The notes below the pieces were generated by a model that ran no database searches, was not told the origin of the DNA, and saw nothing but the letters and a program-made list of their open reading frames with translations. A stretch of 64,000 nucleotides of DNA from the NCBI GenBank assembly GCA_949284415.1, contig CASDVM010000027.1, positions 28,016 through 92,015 of the forward strand, in the 5' to 3' direction. How positions within the stretch are numbered: the stretch's first letter is position 1; every line of letters begins with the position of its first letter. Shown here one piece after another: positions 37,196 to 48,147 of the stretch. This DNA comes from an uncultured bacterium (GTDB lineage Bacteria; Cyanobacteriota; Vampirovibrionia; Gastranaerophilales; Gastranaerophilaceae). Position numbers and translations under genes: made by a program.

Positions 37196-40100
37196 TTATT
37201 CTTCGTCTTCATTACCGAGCTGGAAGTCAGGAGAACCGAACATACCTTCAATTTCTTCCAAAATCGCAGACGGTTTTCTTGCCTGATTTCTTTGAGCTAC
37301 CGCACGTTTTCTTTCTTCACGTTCTTTCTCTTCGTTCGCATTTGAAAGATGGTGGAAGCCTGTGCCTGCAGGTATCAAACGACCGATGATAACGTTTTCT
37401 TTCAAACCTCTCAACATGTCTTTTTTACCTTCAACGGCTGCTTCTGTCAGGATTCTTGTTGTTTCCTGGAATGAAGCTGCTGAAATGAAACTTTCTGTGT
37501 TCAAAGAAGCTTTTGTGATACCTAATAACATATATTCACAAGTTGCAGGTTGACCGCCTTTTTCTTCAACTTCTTTGTTTTCTTTTTCGAATGTCTGCAT
37601 TTCAATTAATTCACCCGGCAGTAATGTTGTATCACCTGCATCGACAACTTTAACTTTTTTAGTCATCTGTCTTACGATGATTTCAACGTGTTTATCGGCA
37701 ATTTCTACACCTTGAGAACGATATACTCTCTGTACTTCATCCACAAGATATTGCTGTGCGGCTTCCGGTCCGCAGAGTCTTATAACATCGTGCGGGTTCA
37801 AAGGTCCGCTTGTCAAAGGCTGACCTTTTTTGATTTTCTGTTTATTCTGAACAACGATGTTTGCATCAATTGCGTATTTGATCTCGGTTCTGCCATTGTC
37901 AGTAACAAGATAGAGTCTCGGCAAATCTTCATCCGTTTCAATTTCCGCAATACCGTCTTCTTCTGCCAGAATAGCACAATCTTTAGGTTTGCGGCCTTCA
38001 AGAAGTTCTTCAACCCTCGGAAGACCCTGAACGATATCACCTGTTTTTTGTCTTTCAAATACAAGTGTTGCAATGTTATCACCGCGGAGAACAAGTGCGC
38101 CTGCTTCAACCTGTAACATAGTACCCGGGCTGATTAAGTATGGACGACCGTTTCTGATTGTTATTTCACCTTTATTAACAGATGTTACCATACCTGAAAC
38201 GGTTGATTTTTCTCCGCTGTCCGCAATGATTGAATCAAGTTTTACAAAGTCGCCTTTTTTAACGTTTGCTTTGCCTTTTACAGACAATGTTGTTTCATAA
38301 GTTTCGCTTGTTAAAAGAAGTCTTCTTGCATCTTCTTTTTCGGATTTTATTGAAGCAACGCCGTCATTGATTGCCAGTACCTGAGTTTTAGCAACAGGTG
38401 TTTTCGGGTCAATAGTCTGGCCGTCTTTTACAAGAAGTTCTGTTTGAAGTGATGACATTGTTTTTGCATTGCCTTCAAATTCACGGCGGACGATTAAGTT
38501 TTCAAGAACAACTATTCTTAAATTATCTTTATCATCAAGTTCTACCATACCTTTAAGGTGTGATAAGTAGCCCTGCATCTGCAGAACAAGACTTGTTCTT
38601 GTAATTGTAGAACCATCGAGATTTCTAACTCTTGCACCGTCTTTGTATTGCAATTGTGTTACAGGTACAATGTCAATCAAGCTGTCAGATGTGTTGAATT
38701 TGATAGATACATTTTTTTGTTCAACATTTAATACCTGAACAGGTCTGATAAGTATCTGTATAGGCTGATTTGATATGTTATCTTCATCAAGCGAAAGACT
38801 TGAGTCAAGTTCTTCATCAAGATCATCGATATCCAGATCATCCATTGAAGAATCCATAATCGTAACGATAGAAGTTTCTTTTACTTTAATACCGTCTGCA
38901 ATTACGGTGCCTTTTTTTACAACTTCGCCTTCGTCAACCTTTAATTCCGAAACACTTGAAAGTGTATGAATTTCACCAGGGCGGATTGTTATTTCATGGA
39001 TAACATCGTTGTATTCTTTGAATTCAACAATACCGTCAATGTGGCAGTAAACATCTTTTACAACTTCGGTGCCTGCTGTAACGTGAGTTCCGTTTTCAAC
39101 CATTTTTAAAGAAGAATCTTTATTAATCTGGTGAATTTCTTCCGGAATAAATACAACAGAACCCGGTTTTGTAATAATCTGGTTTTCGTCTACTTCAACA
39201 TCAACATATCTGATTTCGCCTGATGAAGTTACTGCACATTCATCATCAATAAGTTCTGCGATAATCATACCGTTTTCAACCGTTGTATCAACAGGTGCTT
39301 TTACGATATATTTTTCACCGGTTTTGTTAACTGTCCACAACTGTTCTTTTTTAGTTTGTTCAAATGTCGCATTTTCAGGCATCAATGAAGCAATTACTAT
39401 TGTCAATTCTTTACCTTGAACAATTTTTTTGATATTTTTGCCTTCAAATTTAACATCTTCAATAACTAAATCTTCACCGAAACGGACTTCACCGCCGTGT
39501 TCAGAGATTGTTAAAGTTTCTGCGAGTTTTTCGCCTTCTTTAATTTTCTGACCGTCTTTTACAAGAACTTTAGATCCGCCGGGGAGGTTATAAACATCAC
39601 CGCCAAGAACCCAGATAATACCTTGTTTGTTGGTAGTTCTTGAGATGTTGCCCTGTCTGTCTTTCTTTTCATCAGCTACAAAATCTTCATATAACACTTC
39701 ACCGGAAAGATCTGATGTAATATCTTTTGTGGCTTTTTCTGTCAGACGTGAGCCTGAGCCTTGAGCTGACGGTTCAAACTGGGCAAGTTTAAAGCCTTTT
39801 TTAACCTGCATTCCGTTTGTAAAGAAGATTGTAGAGCCTGCCGGAATATGGTATTTTTCAGTTCTTTTGGCGCCTTTAATTTCAATGTCGGTTTCGTAAT
39901 TAGAGATATTAACAACATCGCCATGACGTGTTCTTAATTCTCTTGTTTTTACATTAGAAATTACTTCACCGTCTTGTTTTGCAATTACTTCTTTGATTGC
40001 ATCTTTAACGCCTACCGCACCGCCAGTGTGGAATGTTCTCATTGTAAGCTGTGTACCGGGTTCACCGATTGACTGCGCTGCAATAATACCGATTGCTTCC

Positions 40101-41056
40101 CCGATATCAACGAGTTTCTGGGTCGTCATTGCCCAGCCGTAGCATTTCTGGCAGATTCCGTATTCAAGACCGCAGGTTAAACCTGAACGAACTTTCAATT
40201 CCTGAAGATTCAGATGTTTAACTTTTTGAATATCATCTCTGTTCATTGTTGTTCCTGCTTTTACAAGAACTGTACCATCCGTATCAACGATATCTTCTGC
40301 AATTGTTCTGCCAAGTAACCTGTCAATCAGAGGAACAATAACATTATCACCGTCAGTAATAGGTTTCATGTTAATTGATTTTGTAGTATGGCAGTCATCG
40401 GCACGGATAATGACATCCTGAGCAACGTCTACCAGTCGTCTTGTCAAATAACCTGAGTCAGCTGTTTTCAACGCCGTATCTACAAGCCCTTTTCTTGCGC
40501 CGTATGATGAAATGATGTATTCCGTAACGGATAAGCCTTCTTTAAAGTTTGATTTAATCGGCAAGTCGATGATTTGTCCCTGCGCATCTGCCATCAAACC
40601 TCTCATTCCCACAAGCTGAGATACCTGTGATAAGTTACCTCTGGCACCTGAGAATGCCATCATATATACAGGGTTTAATTTGTCAAAGTTTTCAACTACC
40701 TGAGATGTTAATTTAGCTGTTGTTTCAGACCAGGTGTCGATAACTTTTGTATATCTTTCTACTTCGGTGATTTCACCTTTAAGATATCTGTTAGTTGATT
40801 TTTCGATTTCTTTTTCGGCTTCTTGAAGCAATTCTTTCTTTGCTTCCGGAACCTGCAAGTCTGCAATAGAAATTGTTGTTCCGGATTTCGTAGCATACTT
40901 ATAGCCGAGGTTTTTCAGGCTGTTAGCCAATTCTGCGGTTTTAGCCCCGCCAAACTCCAGATACATTTGTGAAAGCAAATTGTTTAATCCTTTTTTATCC
41001 ATTTGCTTGTTAATGAAATCTACAGTTTTTTTACCATGTGTGTATGTTGTTTCCAT
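37196..41056 (-). CDS. rpoC2: RNA polymerase beta-prime subunit, C-terminal part (cyanobacterial-type split)
   Basis: Starts after the NADFDGD-containing part and carries the trigger-loop and C-terminal beta-prime blocks (GEAIGIIAAQSIGEPGTQLTMRTFHTGG) with a large lineage-type insertion. Confidence 0.95.
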   Translation of the reverse strand: METTYTHGKKTVDFINKQMDKKGLNNLLSQMYLEFGGAKTAELANSLKNLGYKYATKSGTTISIADLQVPEAKKELLQEAEKEIEKSTNRYLKGEITEVERYTKVIDTWSETTAKLTSQVVENFDKLNPVYMMAFSGARGNLSQVSQLVGMRGLMADAQGQIIDLPIKSNFKEGLSVTEYIISSYGARKGLVDTALKTADSGYLTRRLVDVAQDVIIRADDCHTTKSINMKPITDGDNVIVPLIDRLLGRTIAEDIVDTDGTVLVKAGTTMNRDDIQKVKHLNLQELKVRSGLTCGLEYGICQKCYGWAMTTQKLVDIGEAIGIIAAQSIGEPGTQLTMRTFHTGGAVGVKDAIKEVIAKQDGEVISNVKTRELRTRHGDVVNISNYETDIEIKGAKRTEKYHIPAGSTIFFTNGMQVKKGFKLAQFEPSAQGSGSRLTEKATKDITSDLSGEVLYEDFVADEKKDRQGNISRTTNKQGIIWVLGGDVYNLPGGSKVLVKDGQKIKEGEKLAETLTISEHGGEVRFGEDLVIEDVKFEGKNIKKIVQGKELTIVIASLMPENATFEQTKKEQLWTVNKTGEKYIVKAPVDTTVENGMIIAELIDDECAVTSSGEIRYVDVEVDENQIITKPGSVVFIPEEIHQINKDSSLKMVENGTHVTAGTEVVKDVYCHIDGIVEFKEYNDVIHEITIRPGEIHTLSSVSELKVDEGEVVKKGTVIADGIKVKETSIVTIMDSSMDDLDIDDLDEELDSSLSLDEDNISNQPIQILIRPVQVLNVEQKNVSIKFNTSDSLIDIVPVTQLQYKDGARVRNLDGSTITRTSLVLQMQGYLSHLKGMVELDDKDNLRIVVLENLIVRREFEGNAKTMSSLQTELLVKDGQTIDPKTPVAKTQVLAINDGVASIKSEKEDARRLLLTSETYETTLSVKGKANVKKGDFVKLDSIIADSGEKSTVSGMVTSVNKGEITIRNGRPYLISPGTMLQVEAGALVLRGDNIATLVFERQKTGDIVQGLPRVEELLEGRKPKDCAILAEEDGIAEIETDEDLPRLYLVTDNGRTEIKYAIDANIVVQNKQKIKKGQPLTSGPLNPHDVIRLCGPEAAQQYLVDEVQRVYRSQGVEIADKHVEIIVRQMTKKVKVVDAGDTTLLPGELIEMQTFEKENKEVEEKGGQPATCEYMLLGITKASLNTESFISAASFQETTRILTEAAVEGKKDMLRGLKENVIIGRLIPAGTGFHHLSNANEEKEREERKRAVAQRNQARKPSAILEEIEGMFGSPDFQLGNEDEE

Positions 41057-41161
41057 TTATATCTATCCTTTTTTTAACTTGTCAATGCACTCGGGTGGTC
41101 TTCATAACTTGTTTCAAGATTTTGAGACTTTTCCCTCGCATCTGTTTGTTTTATCGATTTC

Positions 41162-42871
41162 CTACGCAAGAGCATTTCTTACAGCTTCGTTGAAGATAAT
41201 TCTTCCTGCTGTTGTCTCAATTCTTTCACCGTGTTCGTCTCTTACGACAATTTTGTCGTGAAGATCGATTACGCCGACTTCAAGAGCTGAAATTGCATCC
41301 TGGAAGTTGTAGAAATATCCTTTAGGTTCCATTTCAGGATTTTTAAGTATTGTCAGGTAATACATACCCAATACCATGTCCTGTGTCGGAGTGATAATAG
41401 GTTTACCTGTTGCAGGAGCTAAGATGTTGTTAGTTGCTAACATTAACATTCTTGCTTCAGTCTGAGCCTCAATTGATAAAGGTACGTGAACAGCCATCTG
41501 GTCGCCGTCAAAGTCTGCGTTGAATGCCGTACATACAAGCGGATGAAGCTGGATTGCACGTCCTTCTACCAGTTTAGGCTCAAATGCCTGAATACCCAGT
41601 CTGTGAAGAGTCGGGGCACGGTTTAGCAATACGGGGTGTCCATCGATTACTTCTTCTAATATATCCCAGACAACAGCTTCCGAGCGTTCAATTTTCTTTT
41701 TAGCTGATTTTATGTTTTGTACATATCCTCTTTCAATCAATTTATTAACAACAAACGGTTTAAATAATTCGATTGCCATTTCTTTCGGTAAACCGCACTG
41801 GTTCAATTTTAATTGAGGACCTACAACGATTACTGAACGACCTGAGTAGTCAACACGTTTTCCTAATAAGTTTTGACGGAAACGTCCCTGTTTACCTTCG
41901 ATAATGTTAGATAAGGATTTCAATGCTCTGTTGTTTGGTCCGACAACTGTTCTTCCGCGTCTGCCGTTATCAATCAGGGCATCAACCGCTTCCTGCAACA
42001 TACGTTTTTCGTTACGTACAATGATTTCGGGGGCACCCATTTCCAAAAGTCTTTGTAAACGGTTATTTCTGTTGATTACGCGTCTGTATAAGTCGTTTAA
42101 ATCTGATGTTGCAAAACGTCCGCCGTCCAATTGAACCATCGGTCTTAAATCCGGAGGAGTTACAGGCAATACGTCCATAATCATCCATGTCGGATCCGTT
42201 TCTGATGAAATCAATGAATCAAGCAATCTTAAACGTTTGATAAGCTTGCTTTTCTTTTGTACGGAATTAACCGAACCTGCAAGTTCCGATCTTATTTCTT
42301 CTGCAAGTTCTTTTGTATTAACTTCCGAAAGAAGTTCTTTTATGGCTTCGGCACCGATTCCGACTTTTAATTCAGAATCTTCATGTTCTGCCATATAATC
42401 TTCATATTCTTCTTCGGACAACAATTGTAATTTTTTGAATTCGCTTTCGCCCGGATCAAGAACCACGTAGTTGTTGAAATAGATTACCTGTTCAAGATCT
42501 TTTAAAGTCATATCAAGAAGCAAGCCAAGATAAGAAGGAATACCTTTCAAAAACCAGATATGAGAAACGGGAGCTGCAAGTTTAATATGTCCCATTCTCT
42601 GTCGTCTTACCTTACTATCCGTAACTTCAACGCCGCAGCGTTCGCAGATAATACCTTTGTGTCTTACTCTTTTATATTTACCGCAATAGCATTCCCAGTC
42701 TTTAGAAGGTCCAAAAATTCTTTCGCAGAACAGACCGTCTCTTTCCGGTTTTAATGTACGGTAATTAATTGTTTCCGGTTTAGTAACTTCGCCGTAAGAC
42801 CATTTAAGTATTCTTTCCGGTGAAGCGATACTAATTCGTATATAGTCAAAATAATCTATGCTTGTTGACAT
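41162..42871 (-). CDS. rpoC1: RNA polymerase gamma subunit (N-terminal part of beta-prime)
   Basis: Zinc-binding [23 protein letters not shown] and catalytic [12 protein letters not shown]. Ends where rpoC2 begins. Confidence 0.95.
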   Translation of the reverse strand: MSTSIDYFDYIRISIASPERILKWSYGEVTKPETINYRTLKPERDGLFCERIFGPSKDWECYCGKYKRVRHKGIICERCGVEVTDSKVRRQRMGHIKLAAPVSHIWFLKGIPSYLGLLLDMTLKDLEQVIYFNNYVVLDPGESEFKKLQLLSEEEYEDYMAEHEDSELKVGIGAEAIKELLSEVNTKELAEEIRSELAGSVNSVQKKSKLIKRLRLLDSLISSETDPTWMIMDVLPVTPPDLRPMVQLDGGRFATSDLNDLYRRVINRNNRLQRLLEMGAPEIIVRNEKRMLQEAVDALIDNGRRGRTVVGPNNRALKSLSNIIEGKQGRFRQNLLGKRVDYSGRSVIVVGPQLKLNQCGLPKEMAIELFKPFVVNKLIERGYVQNIKSAKKKIERSEAVVWDILEEVIDGHPVLLNRAPTLHRLGIQAFEPKLVEGRAIQLHPLVCTAFNADFDGDQMAVHVPLSIEAQTEARMLMLATNNILAPATGKPIITPTQDMVLGMYYLTILKNPEMEPKGYFYNFQDAISALEVGVIDLHDKIVVRDEHGERIETTAGRIIFNEAVRNALA

Positions 42872-43049
42872 TTATATCTCCTTTTTATACCACAGCTTAC
42901 GATTATCGTAATGCCGCCTGTTTAGTAATTTTTATTTATGTTTTCCGAATATTTTTATTATCGGCTTTATTTTGTCAACGCACTCGGTGCATAGCACCTC
43001 GCACCTGTTTTGTTCGGCAGGGGATATGATATCCCCGCCTCACAAATTA

Positions 43050-46000
43050 TTAAATATCTCCGAATGTAGTCGGTGTTTCAAAGAAATTGATATTTAACAA
43101 CTCTGAATCCATATCAGAAAGGACTCTTCTCGGGGCTGATTTTCTCAAATCATCCATATCTGTCATTAAATCAACTTCCTGACCGTCTTTTTTCGCTACC
43201 GTAATATCCAAACCGATACTTTGTAATTCTCTTACAAGTACTTTGAATGATTCGGGAATACCCGGTCTTGGAATATTGTCGCCTTTGACGATTGCTTCGT
43301 AAGCTCTGTTACGTCCGTTAACATCGTCAGATTTGATTGTTAACATTTCTTGCAGAGTATATGCAGCACCGTAAGCTTCCAACGCCCAAACTTCCATTTC
43401 ACCGAATCTCTGACCGCCGAATTGAGCTTTACCGCCCAGAGGCTGTTGAGTAACAAGTGAGTATGGACCTGTAGAACGTGCGTGAATTTTGTCATCTACA
43501 AGGTGGACAAGTTTAAGGATGTAGGAAAGACCGACAGCAACAGGTTCATCAAACGGTTCACCTGTTCTTCCGTCTATCAGTCTTACTTTTCCGTCTTCGT
43601 TAACCCAATCGCAGCCTGATTCTTTGATACCTTTAAGCAATTCTGCTTTAGTTGCTTTTTCAGATTGGTTATCACCGTATCTTTCATCAAAAGACGGTGT
43701 TTCATAGTAGTTGCCTGTCAGGTATGCTGCCAAACCTAACAATAATTCATAAGTCTGGCCGACATTCATACGAGAAGGTACACCGAGCGGGTTCAAAACG
43801 ATATCAACAGGAGTTCCGTCAGGTAAGAAAGGCATATCTTCTTTCGGTAAGATTCTGGATACAATACCTTTGTTACCGTGTCTTCCCGAAAGTTTATCAC
43901 CTACAGATACTTTACGTTTTTGAGCAATATAAACTCTGATAACAGTATTTGCTCCGGGCGGTAATTCATCACCTTTTTCTCTGTCGAATACCTTAACGTC
44001 AAGTACCCTTCCGCCTTCGCCGTGAGGAACTCTTAATGAGTTATCTTTCACGTCTCTTGCTTTTTCCGCAAAGATTGCGCGCAGGAGTTTTTCTTCCGGC
44101 GGATGTTCTGATTCGCCTTTCGGTGTAACTTTACCTACCAGTATATCGTCAGCATAAACTCTTGCACCGATTCTGACAATTCCGCGTTCATCAAGGTGTC
44201 TGAGTGCATCTTCAGAAACGTTCGGAATTTCACGGGTAATTTCTTCCGGCCCGAGTTTTGTTTGACGTGCATCTATTTCTAATTTTTCAATGTGTACTGA
44301 TGTGAAGATGTCATCGTGAACGCATCTTTCTGATAGCAGGATAGCATCTTCGTAGTTGTAACCTTCCCACGGCATATAGGCAACGATTACGTTTTTACCG
44401 AGCGAAAGTTCTCCGCAGTTTGTAGAAGCACCGTCAGCGATTACATCACCTTCCTTAACCTTTTCACCTTCATGTACCAGAGGTTTCTGGTTAATGCAGG
44501 TATCCTGGTTGCTTCTTACATATTTCATTAAATTATATACATGAGGTTTGTTGTGAATATCGCGAATGATAATTTCTTCACCTACAACTCTTTCTACAAC
44601 ACCGTCGCAGTCAGAGATTATAACCATACCTGAATCTCTTGCGGCTCTTTTTTCCATACCGGTTCCTACAACAGGTCTTTCAGTAATTAAAAGAGGTACT
44701 GACTGACGCTGCATGTTAGAACCCATCAGGGCACGGTTAGCATCATCGTGTTCAATAAACGGAATTAATGAAGTCGCAACAGAGATAATCTGAATCGGAG
44801 ATACACCTACAAAGTCAACTTTGCTTGACTGATCCATTGTAAATTCAGATCTGTAACGAACAGGTACATATTCATCTTTAAATGTTCCGTCCGGATTTAG
44901 TTGAACGTCTGCAGGTGCACATCTGAATTCTTCGTCTTCGTCTGCTGTCATATAAACTACTTCATCTGTAACTTTACCGTCTTTTACAACAAAGAACGGT
45001 GCTTCAACAAATCCGTAGTCGTTAACTTTTGCGTGAGTAGCCAGAGATCCGATCAATCCTGCGTTAGGACCTTCAGGAGTTTCAATCGGACAGATACGTC
45101 CGTAGTGTGAAGGGTGAATGTCGCGGACTGCAAAGCCTGCACGTTCTCTCATCAAACCGCCGGGTCCTAATGCTGAAATACGTCTTTTATGTGTTAATTC
45201 GGCAAGCGGGTTAATCTGATCCATGAACTGTGATAACTGAGAACTTCCGAAGAATTCTTTTAATGAAGCAACTAACGGTTTAGTGTTCAATAAATTCAGC
45301 GGAGTTAAAGTTTCAGAATCCTGCAGAGTCATTCTTTCTTTTACAATTCTTTCAATTCTTGAAAGACCTACTCTGAACTGGTTCTGCAATAATTCGCCGA
45401 CTGAACGTATTCTTCTGTTTCCTAAGTGGTCGATATCATCAACGGTTCCTTCATCATAAGTTAAGTTAATTAAGTACTCGATTGATGCAACGATATCCTG
45501 AACAGTCAAAGTTCTCTGGTTTTTCGGAATGTTCAGGTTTAATTTTTTATTTAATTTATAACGGCCTACACGTCCGATATCGTATTTCTTTTCATCAAAG
45601 AAACGGGCTTCCAATATTGAACGTCCGCCTGCAGCTGATGCAGGATCGCCGGGTCTTAATTTTTTATAAACTTCAATTAAAGCATCATCTGTTGTTTCTG
45701 CGGTATCTTTATCCAGAGTTTTCTTCAAAAATTCAAAGTGAGTGAATAAAGTTTCCATTTCAGAAACAGTGATACCCATAGCTTTCAATAAAGTTGTAGC
45801 TAAAATTTTTCTGTTTTTGTCTATTTTTACGTAGATAATGTCATTTGAATCTGTTTCGATTTTAAGCCATGCACCGCGGTTAGGAATCATAGTAGCGTTA
45901 TACAATCTTTTTCCTGCCGGTGAAACTTCGCGTTTAAAATAAACACCCGGTGAACGGACGATTTGAGATACGATTACACGTTCTGCTCCGTTAACAATGA

Positions 46001-46367
46001 ATGTACCTTTGTCCGTCATTGTCGGAATATCGCCGATATAGACTTCCTGTTCTTTAATTTCGCCGCTGTCGCGGTTAACAAGTCTTACCATAACGCGTAA
46101 TTGTTTTGCATAAGTTGCGTCATGAATTCTTGCTTCTTCAATTGTATACTTTGCATTGTCGAAAGTATAGTTGGGTAAAAAATGCAGTTCCAATCTGCCT
46201 GTGTAGTCTTTAATCGGAGAGAATGAAAGTAATTCTTCCTTCAAACCTTCTTTTAAAAACCATTCAAAAGATTTTTTCTGCACTTCAATAAGGTCGGGTA
46301 AATCATCCAAACGAGTATGCGGTATACCCATTGGAGTTACTCTTTCTGCATATTTTGTGTTAGACAT
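43050..46367 (-). CDS. rpoB: RNA polymerase beta subunit
   Basis: [29 protein letters not shown] and other beta blocks. Confidence 0.97.
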   Translation of the reverse strand: MSNTKYAERVTPMGIPHTRLDDLPDLIEVQKKSFEWFLKEGLKEELLSFSPIKDYTGRLELHFLPNYTFDNAKYTIEEARIHDATYAKQLRVMVRLVNRDSGEIKEQEVYIGDIPTMTDKGTFIVNGAERVIVSQIVRSPGVYFKREVSPAGKRLYNATMIPNRGAWLKIETDSNDIIYVKIDKNRKILATTLLKAMGITVSEMETLFTHFEFLKKTLDKDTAETTDDALIEVYKKLRPGDPASAAGGRSILEARFFDEKKYDIGRVGRYKLNKKLNLNIPKNQRTLTVQDIVASIEYLINLTYDEGTVDDIDHLGNRRIRSVGELLQNQFRVGLSRIERIVKERMTLQDSETLTPLNLLNTKPLVASLKEFFGSSQLSQFMDQINPLAELTHKRRISALGPGGLMRERAGFAVRDIHPSHYGRICPIETPEGPNAGLIGSLATHAKVNDYGFVEAPFFVVKDGKVTDEVVYMTADEDEEFRCAPADVQLNPDGTFKDEYVPVRYRSEFTMDQSSKVDFVGVSPIQIISVATSLIPFIEHDDANRALMGSNMQRQSVPLLITERPVVGTGMEKRAARDSGMVIISDCDGVVERVVGEEIIIRDIHNKPHVYNLMKYVRSNQDTCINQKPLVHEGEKVKEGDVIADGASTNCGELSLGKNVIVAYMPWEGYNYEDAILLSERCVHDDIFTSVHIEKLEIDARQTKLGPEEITREIPNVSEDALRHLDERGIVRIGARVYADDILVGKVTPKGESEHPPEEKLLRAIFAEKARDVKDNSLRVPHGEGGRVLDVKVFDREKGDELPPGANTVIRVYIAQKRKVSVGDKLSGRHGNKGIVSRILPKEDMPFLPDGTPVDIVLNPLGVPSRMNVGQTYELLLGLAAYLTGNYYETPSFDERYGDNQSEKATKAELLKGIKESGCDWVNEDGKVRLIDGRTGEPFDEPVAVGLSYILKLVHLVDDKIHARSTGPYSLVTQQPLGGKAQFGGQRFGEMEVWALEAYGAAYTLQEMLTIKSDDVNGRNRAYEAIVKGDNIPRPGIPESFKVLVRELQSIGLDITVAKKDGQEVDLMTDMDDLRKSAPRRVLSDMDSELLNINFFETPTTFGDI

Positions 46368-46779
46368 TAATTCACCTCGTCTATGTGTACGTACTATATA
46401 TAAAAAATTGTATTATTTTTTCATTTGTTATTCTGAATTTATTTCAGGGTCTCATGAAAATTATTTACAATAATAAAAATCTAACTTGAGGCTGTAAACC
46501 TTTCATTTTACTGAATTTCAGCTTAATGAACTTTTGTGATTAAATTTAATTCGGGCACAATACACCTAACTTAAATTTATCATGTTACTTAATCATAATA
46601 CATCAATTTTTTGCGTCAAGAAAATATCGCTTAATTTAAAAAAATATGTTAAATTTTTGTTACAAAGTGTTAATTGCTTAATTTCCGCTGGCTGAAAGCT
46701 TGATTATATAATGAATAGAGTGTCAAGACTATACTTCTGGGGTGTTCATTATATGATATTAAAATAAAAAGGAGTATAT

Positions 46780-47421
46780 ATGAAAAAAATAGTAATTCTA
46801 TTATGTTTGTTAATTATAGGGAAAGCTGGACTATCAGCGGATGTTGAGCCGCCTAAAGTTATAGAAAATGTCCCTTCGGAAATTGTTCTTACAGGAAATC
46901 TTGTATTTGACTGGCTTGATATTTCACAGGTTGAAAGAGATGCTGTTATTGATAAATATCAAAAAGAGCTTTTTGATGAAAATACTGTTTATAAATATAA
47001 GAAAAAAGATTTTAGGGCAGAGTATAAAGATTTTTTGAAGGACAAAGATTTTAAAAGACATTATATGCTTGTTCAAAACGGTGTTAAAGAAACGGACACG
47101 GAAAACCTTTGCGGTTTTTATTATAAGAACAACCTGCTCATAAGTTATGCTATTCAATATAAGAATGATCTGCGGACTGTTTATTATTATGATGCTATGG
47201 GAAAACTCAGGTATATTGATAAATTCTCGGAGAATTATCCGAATTTTCCTTATATGTCAAAACAATACAGGGCAAACGGAACTTTAGTAAGCGCAATATA
47301 TTTTATATCACACGATATGCAGTATATGTATAATGATGATAAATCCTTCAGAGGTGCATGGTATAAAGATAAAATGTATGACCGTCATGCAAAGCAGACT
47401 TTGACAAGGACAAACTGGTAA
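46780..47421 (+). CDS. Hypothetical exported protein
   Basis: Signal peptide MKKIVILLCLLIIGKAG and a Tyr-rich repeat-like body. AGGAG SD. Confidence 0.6.
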   Translation: MKKIVILLCLLIIGKAGLSADVEPPKVIENVPSEIVLTGNLVFDWLDISQVERDAVIDKYQKELFDENTVYKYKKKDFRAEYKDFLKDKDFKRHYMLVQNGVKETDTENLCGFYYKNNLLISYAIQYKNDLRTVYYYDAMGKLRYIDKFSENYPNFPYMSKQYRANGTLVSAIYFISHDMQYMYNDDKSFRGAWYKDKMYDRHAKQTLTRTNW

Positions 47422-47444
47422 GTTACATAATAAATATTATTTGA

Positions 47445-47525
47445 AATGAATTTTCCCTCTCCCAAAAGGGGAGGGAGATAATATTTTGTGCGCTTTAGCG
47501 CCCCTTAAAGACTTATTCACTTCTA
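47445..47525. repeat. Composite intergenic repeat (CCCTCTCCC/GGGAGGGAG palindrome plus GTGCGCT-hairpin plus GACTTATTC)
   Basis: The reverse complement of 47489-47525 (AGAAGTGAATAAGTCTTTAAGGGGCGCTAAAGCGCAC) closely matches 36561-36601. Confidence 0.5.
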
Positions 47526-47618
47526 ATATTATTTATTCTGTAAATTTTTATTAAACATACTGACAAAAAAATTTTTTGGTGTTTTTATATATTTTAGGTA
47601 AAATGAGAAAGGAGTTAT

Positions 47619-48107
47619 ATGAGAGTAAACAGTATTCAAAATTCTCAAAATTTCGGTATGGCTTTTAGAGTAAATGCTGAAGGAGCTAAAAAACTGGCCG
47701 AAAAATTTCACGGTTTCAGCGACCCGCGTATAGCAGAAGCAGATTTTGTTAAACGTTTTGTGAAACCTGTGGAACATTTTAAAAGTGAGGTTATCTATGA
47801 CGGAAAAGATGTATTTGTAAGAGATCATAAGACTGCCGATATTTATGAGGTAGCCTCAGGAAAACCTTTAGTCGATGATACGGCAGTGTTTTATCCTGTA
47901 AAAAACAAGGCTAAAAACGATTTGCTGTTCAAAGTGGAATACTATTCCAAAGATCGTGTCCCGGACATAAAAAAAATGTCTGATTCAAATGATATGGAAA
48001 CAAGATTAAATTATGCAAAAGAAATTATGAGAGAAATCGGATTTCACGATAATACGGTTGAATCAGTAGAAGAAACGGCAGAAAGATTAAATAAGATATA
48101 CGGTTAA
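47619..48107 (+). CDS. Hypothetical protein, 162 aa, N-terminus MRVNSIQNSQN
   Basis: AGGAG SD. The N-terminal motif is shared with the protein at 55918..56778. Confidence 0.55.
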   Translation: MRVNSIQNSQNFGMAFRVNAEGAKKLAEKFHGFSDPRIAEADFVKRFVKPVEHFKSEVIYDGKDVFVRDHKTADIYEVASGKPLVDDTAVFYPVKNKAKNDLLFKVEYYSKDRVPDIKKMSDSNDMETRLNYAKEIMREIGFHDNTVESVEETAERLNKIYG

Positions 48108-48147
48108 TAGATTAATTCAATTGAATAATAAAATAAAGCCTCAATTT

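Noticed and set aside
37362-45745. Assorted antisense or alternative-frame ORFs within rpoC2, rpoC1 and rpoB.
   Set aside because: They are fully embedded in highly conserved RNA polymerase genes and have no independent signals.
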